Shown piece after piece: positions 1 through 7,832 of a stretch of 51,451 nt of DNA. Numbering within the stretch: position 1 is the stretch's first letter; each line of letters begins with the position of its first letter. The notes beneath the pieces were generated by a model. It had not been told where the DNA came from. It was given only the letters and a program-made list of their open reading frames with translations, and made no database searches. Source of the stretch: Lentisphaerota bacterium (lineage in GTDB: Bacteria > Verrucomicrobiota > Kiritimatiellia > RFP12 > UBA3636); NCBI GenBank assembly GCA_022837245.1, contig JALHHX010000001.1, positions 1 through 51,451 on the forward strand, given 5' to 3'. The translations under genes were made by a program, and so were the position numbers.

Positions 1-639
1 GAAACAGTGAGGATGCCCGAGGGGTGCTCATCGGCGGATTCAAGGAACTTGGCGCCAAAGGCATTTCTGCTTATTGGGGATGGAGAATCAGAGATGCGAC
101 CGTCGCGCCTCTGGAGGATGTAGACGTAGAAGACCATGGGCAATGCGACGAACTCGGGAGAAGCCCTTCGACTACGTCGCTTCGCTCCATCCCTCGGGGC
201 ATTCGCCCCGGTGTGCTTGGATAGACCCTTGCATGGCTTGCCATGAGCGAGGGGTGTGCACCACGAGTCGAATGGCTCCCCAGGAAAAACCCTACTCGAA
301 CCACTCTCGGTCATCGCACCCGCCCACGGCCTTCGGCGCGGCCCGGTTGGCCTGTTCAGGCGGCGTTATGGCCGTCGGATCGGCCCAGACCGCCAGCCTG
401 AAAGCGGCTGAGAGTCCGGCGACAACCGCTCCGGACGCCTGGTTTGACCACGCCGTCGGGGTAATCATGGTGCGGAAGACCTACCGCCTGCCACGCACGG
501 AGAATCGGCCATAAATCGGACAAACCGGACATGCTGGCTATGCCGCTTGCTCTCTGGCAATGGTGCCACAAACGTACCAAAGGTGCCATCGTCCGGCACG
601 GAAAACGGTGTTTTTCTCCGATTCACTTGGCGATTGAGC

Positions 640-729
640 TTGCAAACATTCGCCAGCAACTGATATTATCCAACCCGTTTTCACGAGATTGCGCCGAATG
701 TTGACAATCGCCAGCCTGGGCGGCTGAAT
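640..729 (+). promoter_or_regulatory. candidate sigma70-like promoter hexamers upstream of the first operon gene
   Basis: TTGCAA(640-645), 18 nt spacer, TATTAT(664-669). TTGACA(701-706), 17 nt spacer, CTGAAT(724-729). Each -35-like hexamer is followed within 2-5 nt by CGCCAGC. A GGAGG RBS lies at 763-767, 5 nt before the ATG at 773. Confidence 0.3.
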
Positions 730-772
730 GCGGCTTGGCACGGCTGGCCCGGGCACGGCGCTGGAGGAACAC

Positions 773-1000
773 ATGGCGGAACCATCTGACAAGATAATGA
801 CCATCGAAGAGCTGGCGGAATACCTGAAGGTTTCCCGGTCGACGCTGTACAAGCTCCTCCAGGACGGCAAACTGCCGGGTCAGAAGGTGGGCAAGCGCTG
901 GCGCTTCCACCAGGATGCCATTGACGAGTGGGTAAAGAGCGGTACGGGCACCGTCGCGTCCCACAAAACCGGCCGTAACGCCAGTGAGGTCGGCGCATGA
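773..1000 (+). CDS. excisionase-family helix-turn-helix DNA-binding protein (HTH_17 type), 75 aa
   Basis: MTIEELAEYLKVSRSTLYKLLQDGKLPGQKVGKRWRFHQDAIDEWV matches the excisionase/MerR-like HTH pattern. The start was moved to the ATG at 773, which is preceded by GGAGG. Its stop overlaps the next start (ATGA at 997-1000). Confidence 0.75.
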   Translation: MAEPSDKIMTIEELAEYLKVSRSTLYKLLQDGKLPGQKVGKRWRFHQDAIDEWVKSGTGTVASHKTGRNASEVGA

Positions 1001-2538
1001 AGCAGACGATCTTCATCAGCAGCGTGCAGAAGGAACTGGCCGAGGAGCGCCGGGCGCTGAAGAGCTACATCCTCGGCGACGCCCTCTTGGGCCGGTTCTT
1101 CGATGTCTTCCTGTTCGAGGACATGCCCGCCGCTGATCGTCGTGCCGACAAGGTCTATCTGGATCAGGTGGATCGGTGCGACGTGTACCTGGGCCTTCTG
1201 GGCAACGAGTACGGCTACGAGGACGCCCAGGGCGTTTCGCCCACCGAGCGCGAGTTCGACCGGGCTACCGCCGCCGGGAAACAGCGGCTGATCTTCGTCA
1301 AGGGGGAGAACGACGCCGCCCGCCATCCGAAGATGCAGGCCCTCGTGCGCAAGGCTGGCGGTCAACTTATCCGGCGACGCTTCAGCAACCCGTCCGAACT
1401 GACTGCGTTGGCGTACTCCAGCCTCGTCGAGCACCTGGTCAACGCCGGGACCGTCCGCACCCGTCCCTTCGACGCAGCGGCATGTCCGGAGGCCACGCTT
1501 GATGATCTCTCGCGGCAGAAGGTGCAGGAGTTCCTGGCCCGCGCCCAGGCCGAGCGGAACTATCCGCTCGGTCCACGGACACCCACTCCCAAGGCGCTGG
1601 CCCACTTGAACCTTCTCGACGGAGAAAAGCCTACCCACGCCGCCGTTCTCCTGTTCGGAAAGCAGCCGCAGCGGTTCCTGCTGACATCGGAGGTCAAGTG
1701 CCTCCAGTTTCACGGCAACACGGTCGCCAAGCCGATCCCGGATTACCGCATCTTCAAAGGCACGGTGTTCGAGTTGGTGGATCAGGCTCTGGGATTCGTC
1801 ATGTCGAAGATCGCGGCATCGGTCGGCACCCGCGCGGAGAGCAGTCAGGCTCCCGTGACCTACGAGTTTCCCCGCGCGGCCGTTGCCGAGGCCATCGTCA
1901 ATGCCGTCGCGCACCGCGACTATGCGTCCAACGCCTCCGTTCAGGTCATGCTCTTCGCCGACCGGCTTGAAGTCTGGAACCCCGGCGAGTTGCCGCCGTC
2001 GCTCACACCCGCGTCGCTGCGGCTTCCCCATGCCTCGATTCCCCGCAACCCGCTTCTCGCCGAGCCGCTCTTCCTCACGCGGCACATCGAGAAGGCGGGA
2101 ACCGGCATCCTGGACATGATCGGCCTCTGCAAAGCCGCCAAGCTGCAGCCGCCCGAGTTCCGGCAGGAGATGGGCCAGTTCATCCAGACCCTCTGGCGGC
2201 CAAAGACCGTCATGGGCACTTCGTCGGGCCAGCACGGCGGGGTGCATGACGGGGTGCATGATGTGGCGCATGACGGGGTGCATGATCTGCATTTGACGGA
2301 GTTGATGCGGAGGATACTGGCAATGCTCACCACACCCGCATCAACCCCTGAACTGTTGAAAACGCTCGGCTATCCCCGCCGCACCCGGAACTATAGCGCG
2401 GCCATGAAGGCGCTGCTCGATGCCGAAATGATCGCGATGACACGGCCGGACGCCCCGCGAAGCAAGAACCAGGAATATCGCCTGACCGACAAAGGCCGGG
2501 AGCGCTTATCCGGAAGAGGCGGTGCCAAATCCACATGA
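997..2538 (+). CDS. DUF4062-like N-terminal domain fused to a COG2865-type middle region, HATPase_c_4 ATP-binding domain and C-terminal wHTH
   Basis: The N-terminus (IFISSVQKELAEERRALKSYIL...CDVYLGLLGNEYGY...SPTEREFDRA...RLIFVK) fits the DUF4062 pattern. AIVNAVAHRDY...LEVWNPG...EKAGTGI fits HATPase_c_4. The C-terminus is YRLTDKGRERL. Confidence 0.7.
   Translation: MKQTIFISSVQKELAEERRALKSYILGDALLGRFFDVFLFEDMPAADRRADKVYLDQVDRCDVYLGLLGNEYGYEDAQGVSPTEREFDRATAAGKQRLIFVKGENDAARHPKMQALVRKAGGQLIRRRFSNPSELTALAYSSLVEHLVNAGTVRTRPFDAAACPEATLDDLSRQKVQEFLARAQAERNYPLGPRTPTPKALAHLNLLDGEKPTHAAVLLFGKQPQRFLLTSEVKCLQFHGNTVAKPIPDYRIFKGTVFELVDQALGFVMSKIAASVGTRAESSQAPVTYEFPRAAVAEAIVNAVAHRDYASNASVQVMLFADRLEVWNPGELPPSLTPASLRLPHASIPRNPLLAEPLFLTRHIEKAGTGILDMIGLCKAAKLQPPEFRQEMGQFIQTLWRPKTVMGTSSGQHGGVHDGVHDVAHDGVHDLHLTELMRRILAMLTTPASTPELLKTLGYPRRTRNYSAAMKALLDAEMIAMTRPDAPRSKNQEYRLTDKGRERLSGRGGAKST
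2239..2286 (+). repeat. 12-bp in-frame tandem repeat, 4 units (GGGGTGCATGAC-like), encoding (G/A)VHD repeats
   Basis: Units at 2239-2250, 2251-2262, 2263-2274 and 2275-2286. They translate to GVHDGVHDVAHDGVHD, between the HATPase_c_4 domain and the C-terminal wHTH. Confidence 0.9.
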
Positions 2539-5396
2539 GCACCGCCTACCACAGCCAGTATTGGGCGCACGCTTTGACCCTTCGCGGGTCTGGCGGCGAC
2601 ATTGCTGCGCTGTCTCGGTCCATCGCCAACGCACGGGTTGACCTCAACCCCCACCAGATCGACGCGGCCCTGTTCGCCCTGCGCTCGCCCTTCACCAACG
2701 GGGCGATTCTGGCAGACGAGGTCGGACTGGGCAAGACCGTGGAGGCGGGCATCGTGCTGTCCCAGAAATGGGCCGAGCGCCGGCGGCGCATTCTCATCGT
2801 CGTCCCCGCCATGCTGCGGAAGCAGTGGCAGCAGGAGTTGAGCGAGAAGTTTTTCATCCCGTCGGAGGTCCTGGACACGCAGGTGACCGCTCGTCTCCGC
2901 AAGAACGGCGGTGGAAACCCGTTCGACCAGAAGAACAAGGCCGTCATCTGCTCCTACAACTTCGCGGCGGCCCGGGCATCCTCGGTTGCCCAGGTGCCGT
3001 GGGATATGGTGGTCATTGACGAAGCGCACCGACTGCGGAATGTTCACCGGTCCCGGACACGTTTGCAGAACAACCCGGCCGCACGGAAGACGATGGCCCA
3101 CCAGATTACGGAGGCGGTTGGGAAGGCCCCGAAACTGCTTCTGACCGCCACACCGCTTCAAAACTCCCTGCTGGAGTTGTTCAGCCTGGTCAGCGTCATC
3201 GACCCGCATGTCTTCGGGGATGCGGCCTCTTTTCGGGAGCAGTTCGTCAACAGCACCGACGAATTGTCCCGCAATGTGCAACTCAAGCAACGGATCGCGC
3301 CGGTCTGCACCCGTGCGTTGCGCAAGCAGGTGACCGAATACATCCCTTTCACCAACCGGGTGCCGATCACGCAAGAGTTTCTGCCGTCGGAGCAGGAGCA
3401 GAACCTGTACGATTCCATCACGACTTACCTGCAACGTGACGTGCTCTATGCTTTGCCCGCCAGCCAACGGCAACTCATCACGATGGTGCTGCGGAAGCTC
3501 CTGGCGTCGTCCACCTTTGCCATCGCTCGCACGCTCCGCAGTCTTGCGGCTCGCCTGGAGAACCTCCGCGACGACATGGAACTCCTGGACGATGACGACA
3601 TCGAGGGCGTGACCGAACTCGCGGACGAGTATGCCGAGGACGCCGAAGAGGAAGGTGACGCGAAGATCGACCCCGAACAACTGAAGGGTGAGTTGGCCGA
3701 TCTGCGGCGCTACGCTGACCTGGCGTCTTGCATCGGGCGCAATGCCAAAGGCGACGCCTTGCTCCCCGCACTCAAGACCGCGTTTGCCAAGGCCGAGGCA
3801 CTGGGAGCCCCACGCAAGGCCGTGATCTTCACCGAATCACGCGAGACCCAGACCTACCTCTACGATCTGCTGAGCGCCAACGGGTACGAGGGCCAAGTCG
3901 CCACGATCAACGGAACGAACAACCAGCCCCATCACGCCGACATCTACCAACGATGGCAAGCCAAGCACGAGGGAACGGATCGGCTCTCCGGCTCTCGCGC
4001 CGTGGACATGAAGGCCGCCATCGTCGAGCATTTCCGCGACGACGCCACGATTCTGGTCGCCACGGAGGCGGCCGCCGAGGGTGTCAACCTCCAGTTCTGC
4101 TCGCTGGTCGTCAACTTCGACCTGCCGTGGAACCCTCAGCGGATCGAGCAGCGCATCGGCCGCTGCCATCGGTACGGCCAGAAGCACGACGTGGTCGTGG
4201 TCAACTTCCTGAACCGCCGCAACGAGGCCGACAAGCGCGTGTACGAACTCCTCAGTGAGAAGTTCCGGCTCTTTGACGGTGTCTTTGGCGCGTCCGACGA
4301 GGTTCTCGGGGCATTGGAATCCGGCGTGGACATCGAGCGCCGCATTGCCGACGTGTACCAGACCTGCCGCACGAACGCCGAGATACAGGCCGCGTTCGAC
4401 GCCCTCCAAGCCGAACTGGACGCCAAGATTCAGGCCCGCCTGGCGGCCACGCGCCAGGCGCTCATGGAGAACTTCGACGAGGACGTGCGGTCGCGTCTGA
4501 AGATCAGCCGGGAGAAAACACTCGAATGCCTGTCCCAGCGGGAGCGATGGCTGCTCGATCTGACGCGTGTCGAGCTCGACGGACAGGCCCAGTTCGACCC
4601 GCAGATGCCGCGTTTCCTTTACAACGGCGACATCCCTGCGGGCGTCCGCCGAGGTTGGTATAACCTCGACTGGAAGGCGGCCGAGGCAGCCGACGAGCAC
4701 TTCTACCGTCCGGACCATCCCTTGGCCCATCGTCTCATCGAGCGCGCCATCGCCCGCCGTTTGCCCGTTGCTGAGGTCACCCTCGATTACACGAACCACC
4801 CGGCCAAGATCAGCGTGATCGAACCACTGGTGGGCCAGTCCGGCTGGCTGGAGGTCTCCAGACTCACGGTCGAGGCCGTCGAGGTCGACGAGTTTCTCGT
4901 CCTCGCCGCCCGCACGGATCACAACCAGATTCTCGACGATGAGATTTGCCGCAAGCTGTTATCACTTCCAGCCACGCTCGGTTCCGAGATCACGGACGTG
5001 CCCGATCTGACCGAACAGCGAAAGGCCGAGGTCGCAGCCCGCCTGGGCGAGATCGACACCCGCAACGGTCAATTCTTCGATGAGGAGGTCCAGAAGCTAG
5101 ACCGCTGGAGCGAAGACCTAAAGCTCTCACTCGAACACGAGATCAAGGAACTCGACAAACAGATTCGCGAGTTGCGCCGCTCCGCCGCCCTCGCGCAGTC
5201 GTTGCAGGACAAGCTCGCCCACCAGAAACAACTGCGCGATCTCGAACGCCGCCGCAACGGCAAGCGGCGCGAGCTATTCGACGCCCAGGACGCCATTGAC
5301 CAGCAACGGGAAGACCTGATCGGCAAGATCGAGAAGCAGTTGAAGCACACCTATGGCGTGAAAGCGCTGTTTGCGATCCGATGGAGGGTGGCATGA
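2535..5396 (+). CDS. SNF2-family ATPase/helicase with a long C-terminal extension ending in a charged coiled coil
   Basis: Motif I ILADEVGLGKTVEAG; motif II VVIDEAHRLRN; motif III LLLTATPLQNSL; helicase-C block ILVATEAAAEGVNLQFCSLVVNFDLPWNPQRIEQRIGRCHRYGQ. ATGA overlaps at both ends (2535 and 5393). Confidence 0.9.
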   Translation: MSTAYHSQYWAHALTLRGSGGDIAALSRSIANARVDLNPHQIDAALFALRSPFTNGAILADEVGLGKTVEAGIVLSQKWAERRRRILIVVPAMLRKQWQQELSEKFFIPSEVLDTQVTARLRKNGGGNPFDQKNKAVICSYNFAAARASSVAQVPWDMVVIDEAHRLRNVHRSRTRLQNNPAARKTMAHQITEAVGKAPKLLLTATPLQNSLLELFSLVSVIDPHVFGDAASFREQFVNSTDELSRNVQLKQRIAPVCTRALRKQVTEYIPFTNRVPITQEFLPSEQEQNLYDSITTYLQRDVLYALPASQRQLITMVLRKLLASSTFAIARTLRSLAARLENLRDDMELLDDDDIEGVTELADEYAEDAEEEGDAKIDPEQLKGELADLRRYADLASCIGRNAKGDALLPALKTAFAKAEALGAPRKAVIFTESRETQTYLYDLLSANGYEGQVATINGTNNQPHHADIYQRWQAKHEGTDRLSGSRAVDMKAAIVEHFRDDATILVATEAAAEGVNLQFCSLVVNFDLPWNPQRIEQRIGRCHRYGQKHDVVVVNFLNRRNEADKRVYELLSEKFRLFDGVFGASDEVLGALESGVDIERRIADVYQTCRTNAEIQAAFDALQAELDAKIQARLAATRQALMENFDEDVRSRLKISREKTLECLSQRERWLLDLTRVELDGQAQFDPQMPRFLYNGDIPAGVRRGWYNLDWKAAEAADEHFYRPDHPLAHRLIERAIARRLPVAEVTLDYTNHPAKISVIEPLVGQSGWLEVSRLTVEAVEVDEFLVLAARTDHNQILDDEICRKLLSLPATLGSEITDVPDLTEQRKAEVAARLGEIDTRNGQFFDEEVQKLDRWSEDLKLSLEHEIKELDKQIRELRRSAALAQSLQDKLAHQKQLRDLERRRNGKRRELFDAQDAIDQQREDLIGKIEKQLKHTYGVKALFAIRWRVA

Positions 5397-6988
5397 CCGA
5401 GAAGAGATTAACCGCAAAGAGCGCAGAGAACGCAAAGAAGGGCAAGACATCGAAGAAGCCATTTGGTGAGAAGGAGGGGCTGGCATTGGAGTTCAAGCGG
5501 GCGACGGATCGGCTGCCGGTCAATTTCTTCGATACCGTTTGCGCCTTTCTCAACATGGATGGCGGACTGATTGTGCTCGGCGTGGACGACGATGGTACGG
5601 TCTCCGGGGTGAACGAGGATGCCATCGAACGGATCAAGGCGGACATTGCCAACCTGTCGAACAACCCGCAGAAGCTCGATCCGCCGCATCTTCTGTTTCC
5701 GCACGAAGAGCAGGCTGGCGACAAGTGGGTCATCAAGGTGCTCGTGCCCGCCAGTTCGCAGGTGCATCAGGTGGGCGGCAGCGTCTTTCTGCGCAGCGAG
5801 GACGGCGACTATCGGATCAAGGGCGTCAACCGCCTGGCCGGTCTGATGAACCGCAAGCTGAGTTTCTTCACCGAACAGCGCGTCTATCCCTATTTGGGCA
5901 TCAAAGATCTCGATCCCGCCCTATTTGAGAAGGCGAAGAAACTGATGCTGGGGCGTCAGCCGCAACACCCATGGGCGAATCTGCCGCCAGAGGAACTACT
6001 CAAGGTCGCCGGTTTTGTGCGGCAGGACTATTCCACCGGCAAGCCCGGCTACACCCTGGCCGCCGCCCTGATGTTCGGCTATGACACGACGATCCAGAGC
6101 ATTGTGCCCGGCTACAAGTTCGATGCGCTCCTGCGCCGCCGCGACACCGAACGCTACGACGACCGCCTGATTGTCCGGGGCAACTTGATTGACGCGTTCG
6201 ATCTGCTCATGGGCTTCGTCGACAAGCACCTGAACGATCCGTTCTACATGGAAGGCACCACGAGTATCAGCTTGCGCTCGATCATTTTCCGTGAACTGGT
6301 TGCCAACATCATTGCCCACCGCGAATACACCAGCGCCGCGCCGGCCACGATGATGATCTACACCGACCGTGTCGAGTTCAAGAACCCGAATGTGCCGCAT
6401 TATCACGGCCGTATAGATCCCGGCAATTTCACGCCGTTTCCCAAGAACCCGACCATCTGCAAGTTTATGATCCAGATTGGCCGTTACGAGGAACTCGGCT
6501 CCGGCGTCCGCAAGGTGAATCTGTACCTGCCGCACTACGCCCCCGGTGCGGGCAAACCGGTGTTCGAGGATGGCGACATGTTCAAGGTGACCGTGCCCTT
6601 GGTGGTGGCTGGCACGACGAAAACCGAGATCGGTGAGCAAGTCACCCCGGAAGTCACGGCACCAGTTACGGCACCAGTTGCGGCACCAGTTACGGCACCA
6701 GTTACGGCACCAGTTACGGCACCAGTCGCGGCACCAGTCAGTAACTATGTCAGCCGCCTCCTCGGCCTGCTAGAGGCCGATAAAGCGCTTGGAAACGCAG
6801 AAATCCTGCAATCGTTTGAACTGAAAAGCCGTCGGCGACTGAGGGAAACGTATATTCATCCGGCGCTGGAAGATGGCCTTATCGAAATGACGGTCCCGGA
6901 CAAACCCACCAGCCGCCTGCAGAAGTATCGCCTCACCGAAAAAGGGCGGGCGGTTCTGCGGCAGGCGAAGACGGAGGCAAGGAAATGA
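5393..6988 (+). CDS. COG2865-type protein: AlbA_2 (Schlafen-like) N-terminal domain, HATPase_c_4 domain, repeat linker and C-terminal wHTH
   Basis: LALEFKRATDRLPVNFFDTVCAFLNMDGGLIVLGVDDDGTVSGV fits the AlbA_2 pattern. LVANIIAHREY...VEFKNPN...EELGSGV fits HATPase_c_4. The C-terminus is YRLTEKGRAVL. The start was set to the ATG at 5393 (GGAGG at 5383-5387, ATGA overlap with the SNF2 stop). Confidence 0.8.
   Translation: MTEKRLTAKSAENAKKGKTSKKPFGEKEGLALEFKRATDRLPVNFFDTVCAFLNMDGGLIVLGVDDDGTVSGVNEDAIERIKADIANLSNNPQKLDPPHLLFPHEEQAGDKWVIKVLVPASSQVHQVGGSVFLRSEDGDYRIKGVNRLAGLMNRKLSFFTEQRVYPYLGIKDLDPALFEKAKKLMLGRQPQHPWANLPPEELLKVAGFVRQDYSTGKPGYTLAAALMFGYDTTIQSIVPGYKFDALLRRRDTERYDDRLIVRGNLIDAFDLLMGFVDKHLNDPFYMEGTTSISLRSIIFRELVANIIAHREYTSAAPATMMIYTDRVEFKNPNVPHYHGRIDPGNFTPFPKNPTICKFMIQIGRYEELGSGVRKVNLYLPHYAPGAGKPVFEDGDMFKVTVPLVVAGTTKTEIGEQVTPEVTAPVTAPVAAPVTAPVTAPVTAPVAAPVSNYVSRLLGLLEADKALGNAEILQSFELKSRRRLRETYIHPALEDGLIEMTVPDKPTSRLQKYRLTEKGRAVLRQAKTEARK
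6658..6741 (+). repeat. 12-bp in-frame tandem repeat, 7 units (GGCACCAGTTAC-like), encoding (T/A)APV repeats
   Basis: Units start at 6658, 6670, 6682, 6694, 6706, 6718 and 6730. They translate to TAPVTAPVAAPVTAPVTAPVTAPVAAPV. Confidence 0.9.
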
Positions 6989-7830
6989 ACAACCGCCAAG
7001 ACGCTATGAGCGCAAAGGGAGTAGTTGAAAACTGCGTGGATGAAAGCGAGCAACTGCGATGCGCTAATTCGCGTAAATACTGCCTTTTCGACACCAGCGT
7101 ACTCGTGCCGTACTTCCTGCCTCATTCGCACAAGGAAGCTAAAGTGCATGAGCGAGCGGTGGCGATCATCGAGTCCGTCCGCTCAAAAGCGTCCGAACAT
7201 TTCTTCTACATCCCAAACTTCTGCATTGCCGAAGTCTTCAGCACCTTCGCAAAGCACGCCTACGGAGACTGGAACAAGCAGGTAAGCAGCGGCACCATCG
7301 ACGGGCGCGTACACGCATCCCTGCGAAAACAGTTTCAGGACGACATTCATAACGCTGCGCTATTCTACCATTACGAACTGTCTCGGTATCATGTGCTGAC
7401 CGTGAACATCGTTGCTCCAGTGGACCACTATTTCAAACTCGGCCGTGGTGACGGCCGCAGGATTGTGCCATCGGGAACATTCGATCAACTTATCGCCGCT
7501 ATGGGTATTCACCTGACGAAGATTCACGGCGCGGGAAATGTAGTCGTAATCACCGCCGACAACCGTCTCGCCAAGTTGATTAGAAAATGTCGGTCACCCA
7601 TTTCCGCGACCGCCCGCAAGACGATGAAGATCGCCGATGCCGAGCGTTTCGTCGGGATACCATTTCAAGCGGACAGTTTTCCGTTGGTGCTCGATCTGGC
7701 TACCGCAAAAGACAGAGACCTGCAGGCCGTGTTCGGCGAGTGGCCGCTTCCCGTGGCCGGGCGTTACAAACGGCCATGTCATCTAAAGAGGAAACGATCC
7801 GCGCCTCCGCGTGAGAAAACAAAGGATTGA
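6985..7830 (+). CDS. hypothetical protein with PIN-like acidic motif pattern (possible nuclease) and a basic C-terminal tail
   Basis: Ordered motifs resemble the four PIN acidic positions: CLFDTSVLVPYF, FCIAEVFSTF, GTFDQLIAAMG, VVVITADNRLAKL. ATGA overlap with the upstream gene at 6985. No other family was recognised. Confidence 0.45.
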   Translation: MNNRQDAMSAKGVVENCVDESEQLRCANSRKYCLFDTSVLVPYFLPHSHKEAKVHERAVAIIESVRSKASEHFFYIPNFCIAEVFSTFAKHAYGDWNKQVSSGTIDGRVHASLRKQFQDDIHNAALFYHYELSRYHVLTVNIVAPVDHYFKLGRGDGRRIVPSGTFDQLIAAMGIHLTKIHGAGNVVVITADNRLAKLIRKCRSPISATARKTMKIADAERFVGIPFQADSFPLVLDLATAKDRDLQAVFGEWPLPVAGRYKRPCHLKRKRSAPPREKTKD

Positions 7831-7832
7831 AT

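Noticed and set aside
24-514. Short ORFs at the left edge (24-224, 74-514, 71-304 minus) as real genes
   Set aside because: Their translations are rich in Arg/Ser/Cys/Pro/Trp with no motifs, and there is mutual overlap in several frames. They are treated as non-coding or decayed sequence pending a database search.
880-4922. Long minus-strand ORFs (880-2292, 2391-3680, 3837-4922) opposite the DUF4062 and SNF2 genes
   Set aside because: They are antisense to genes with strong motif support and have no recognisable domains. Their composition is typical of shadow frames.
6658-6741. Tandem repeats as a possible CRISPR array
   Set aside because: The units are 12 bp, contiguous with no spacers, in frame inside a CDS, and encode a TAPV peptide repeat. 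This is not CRISPR architecture.
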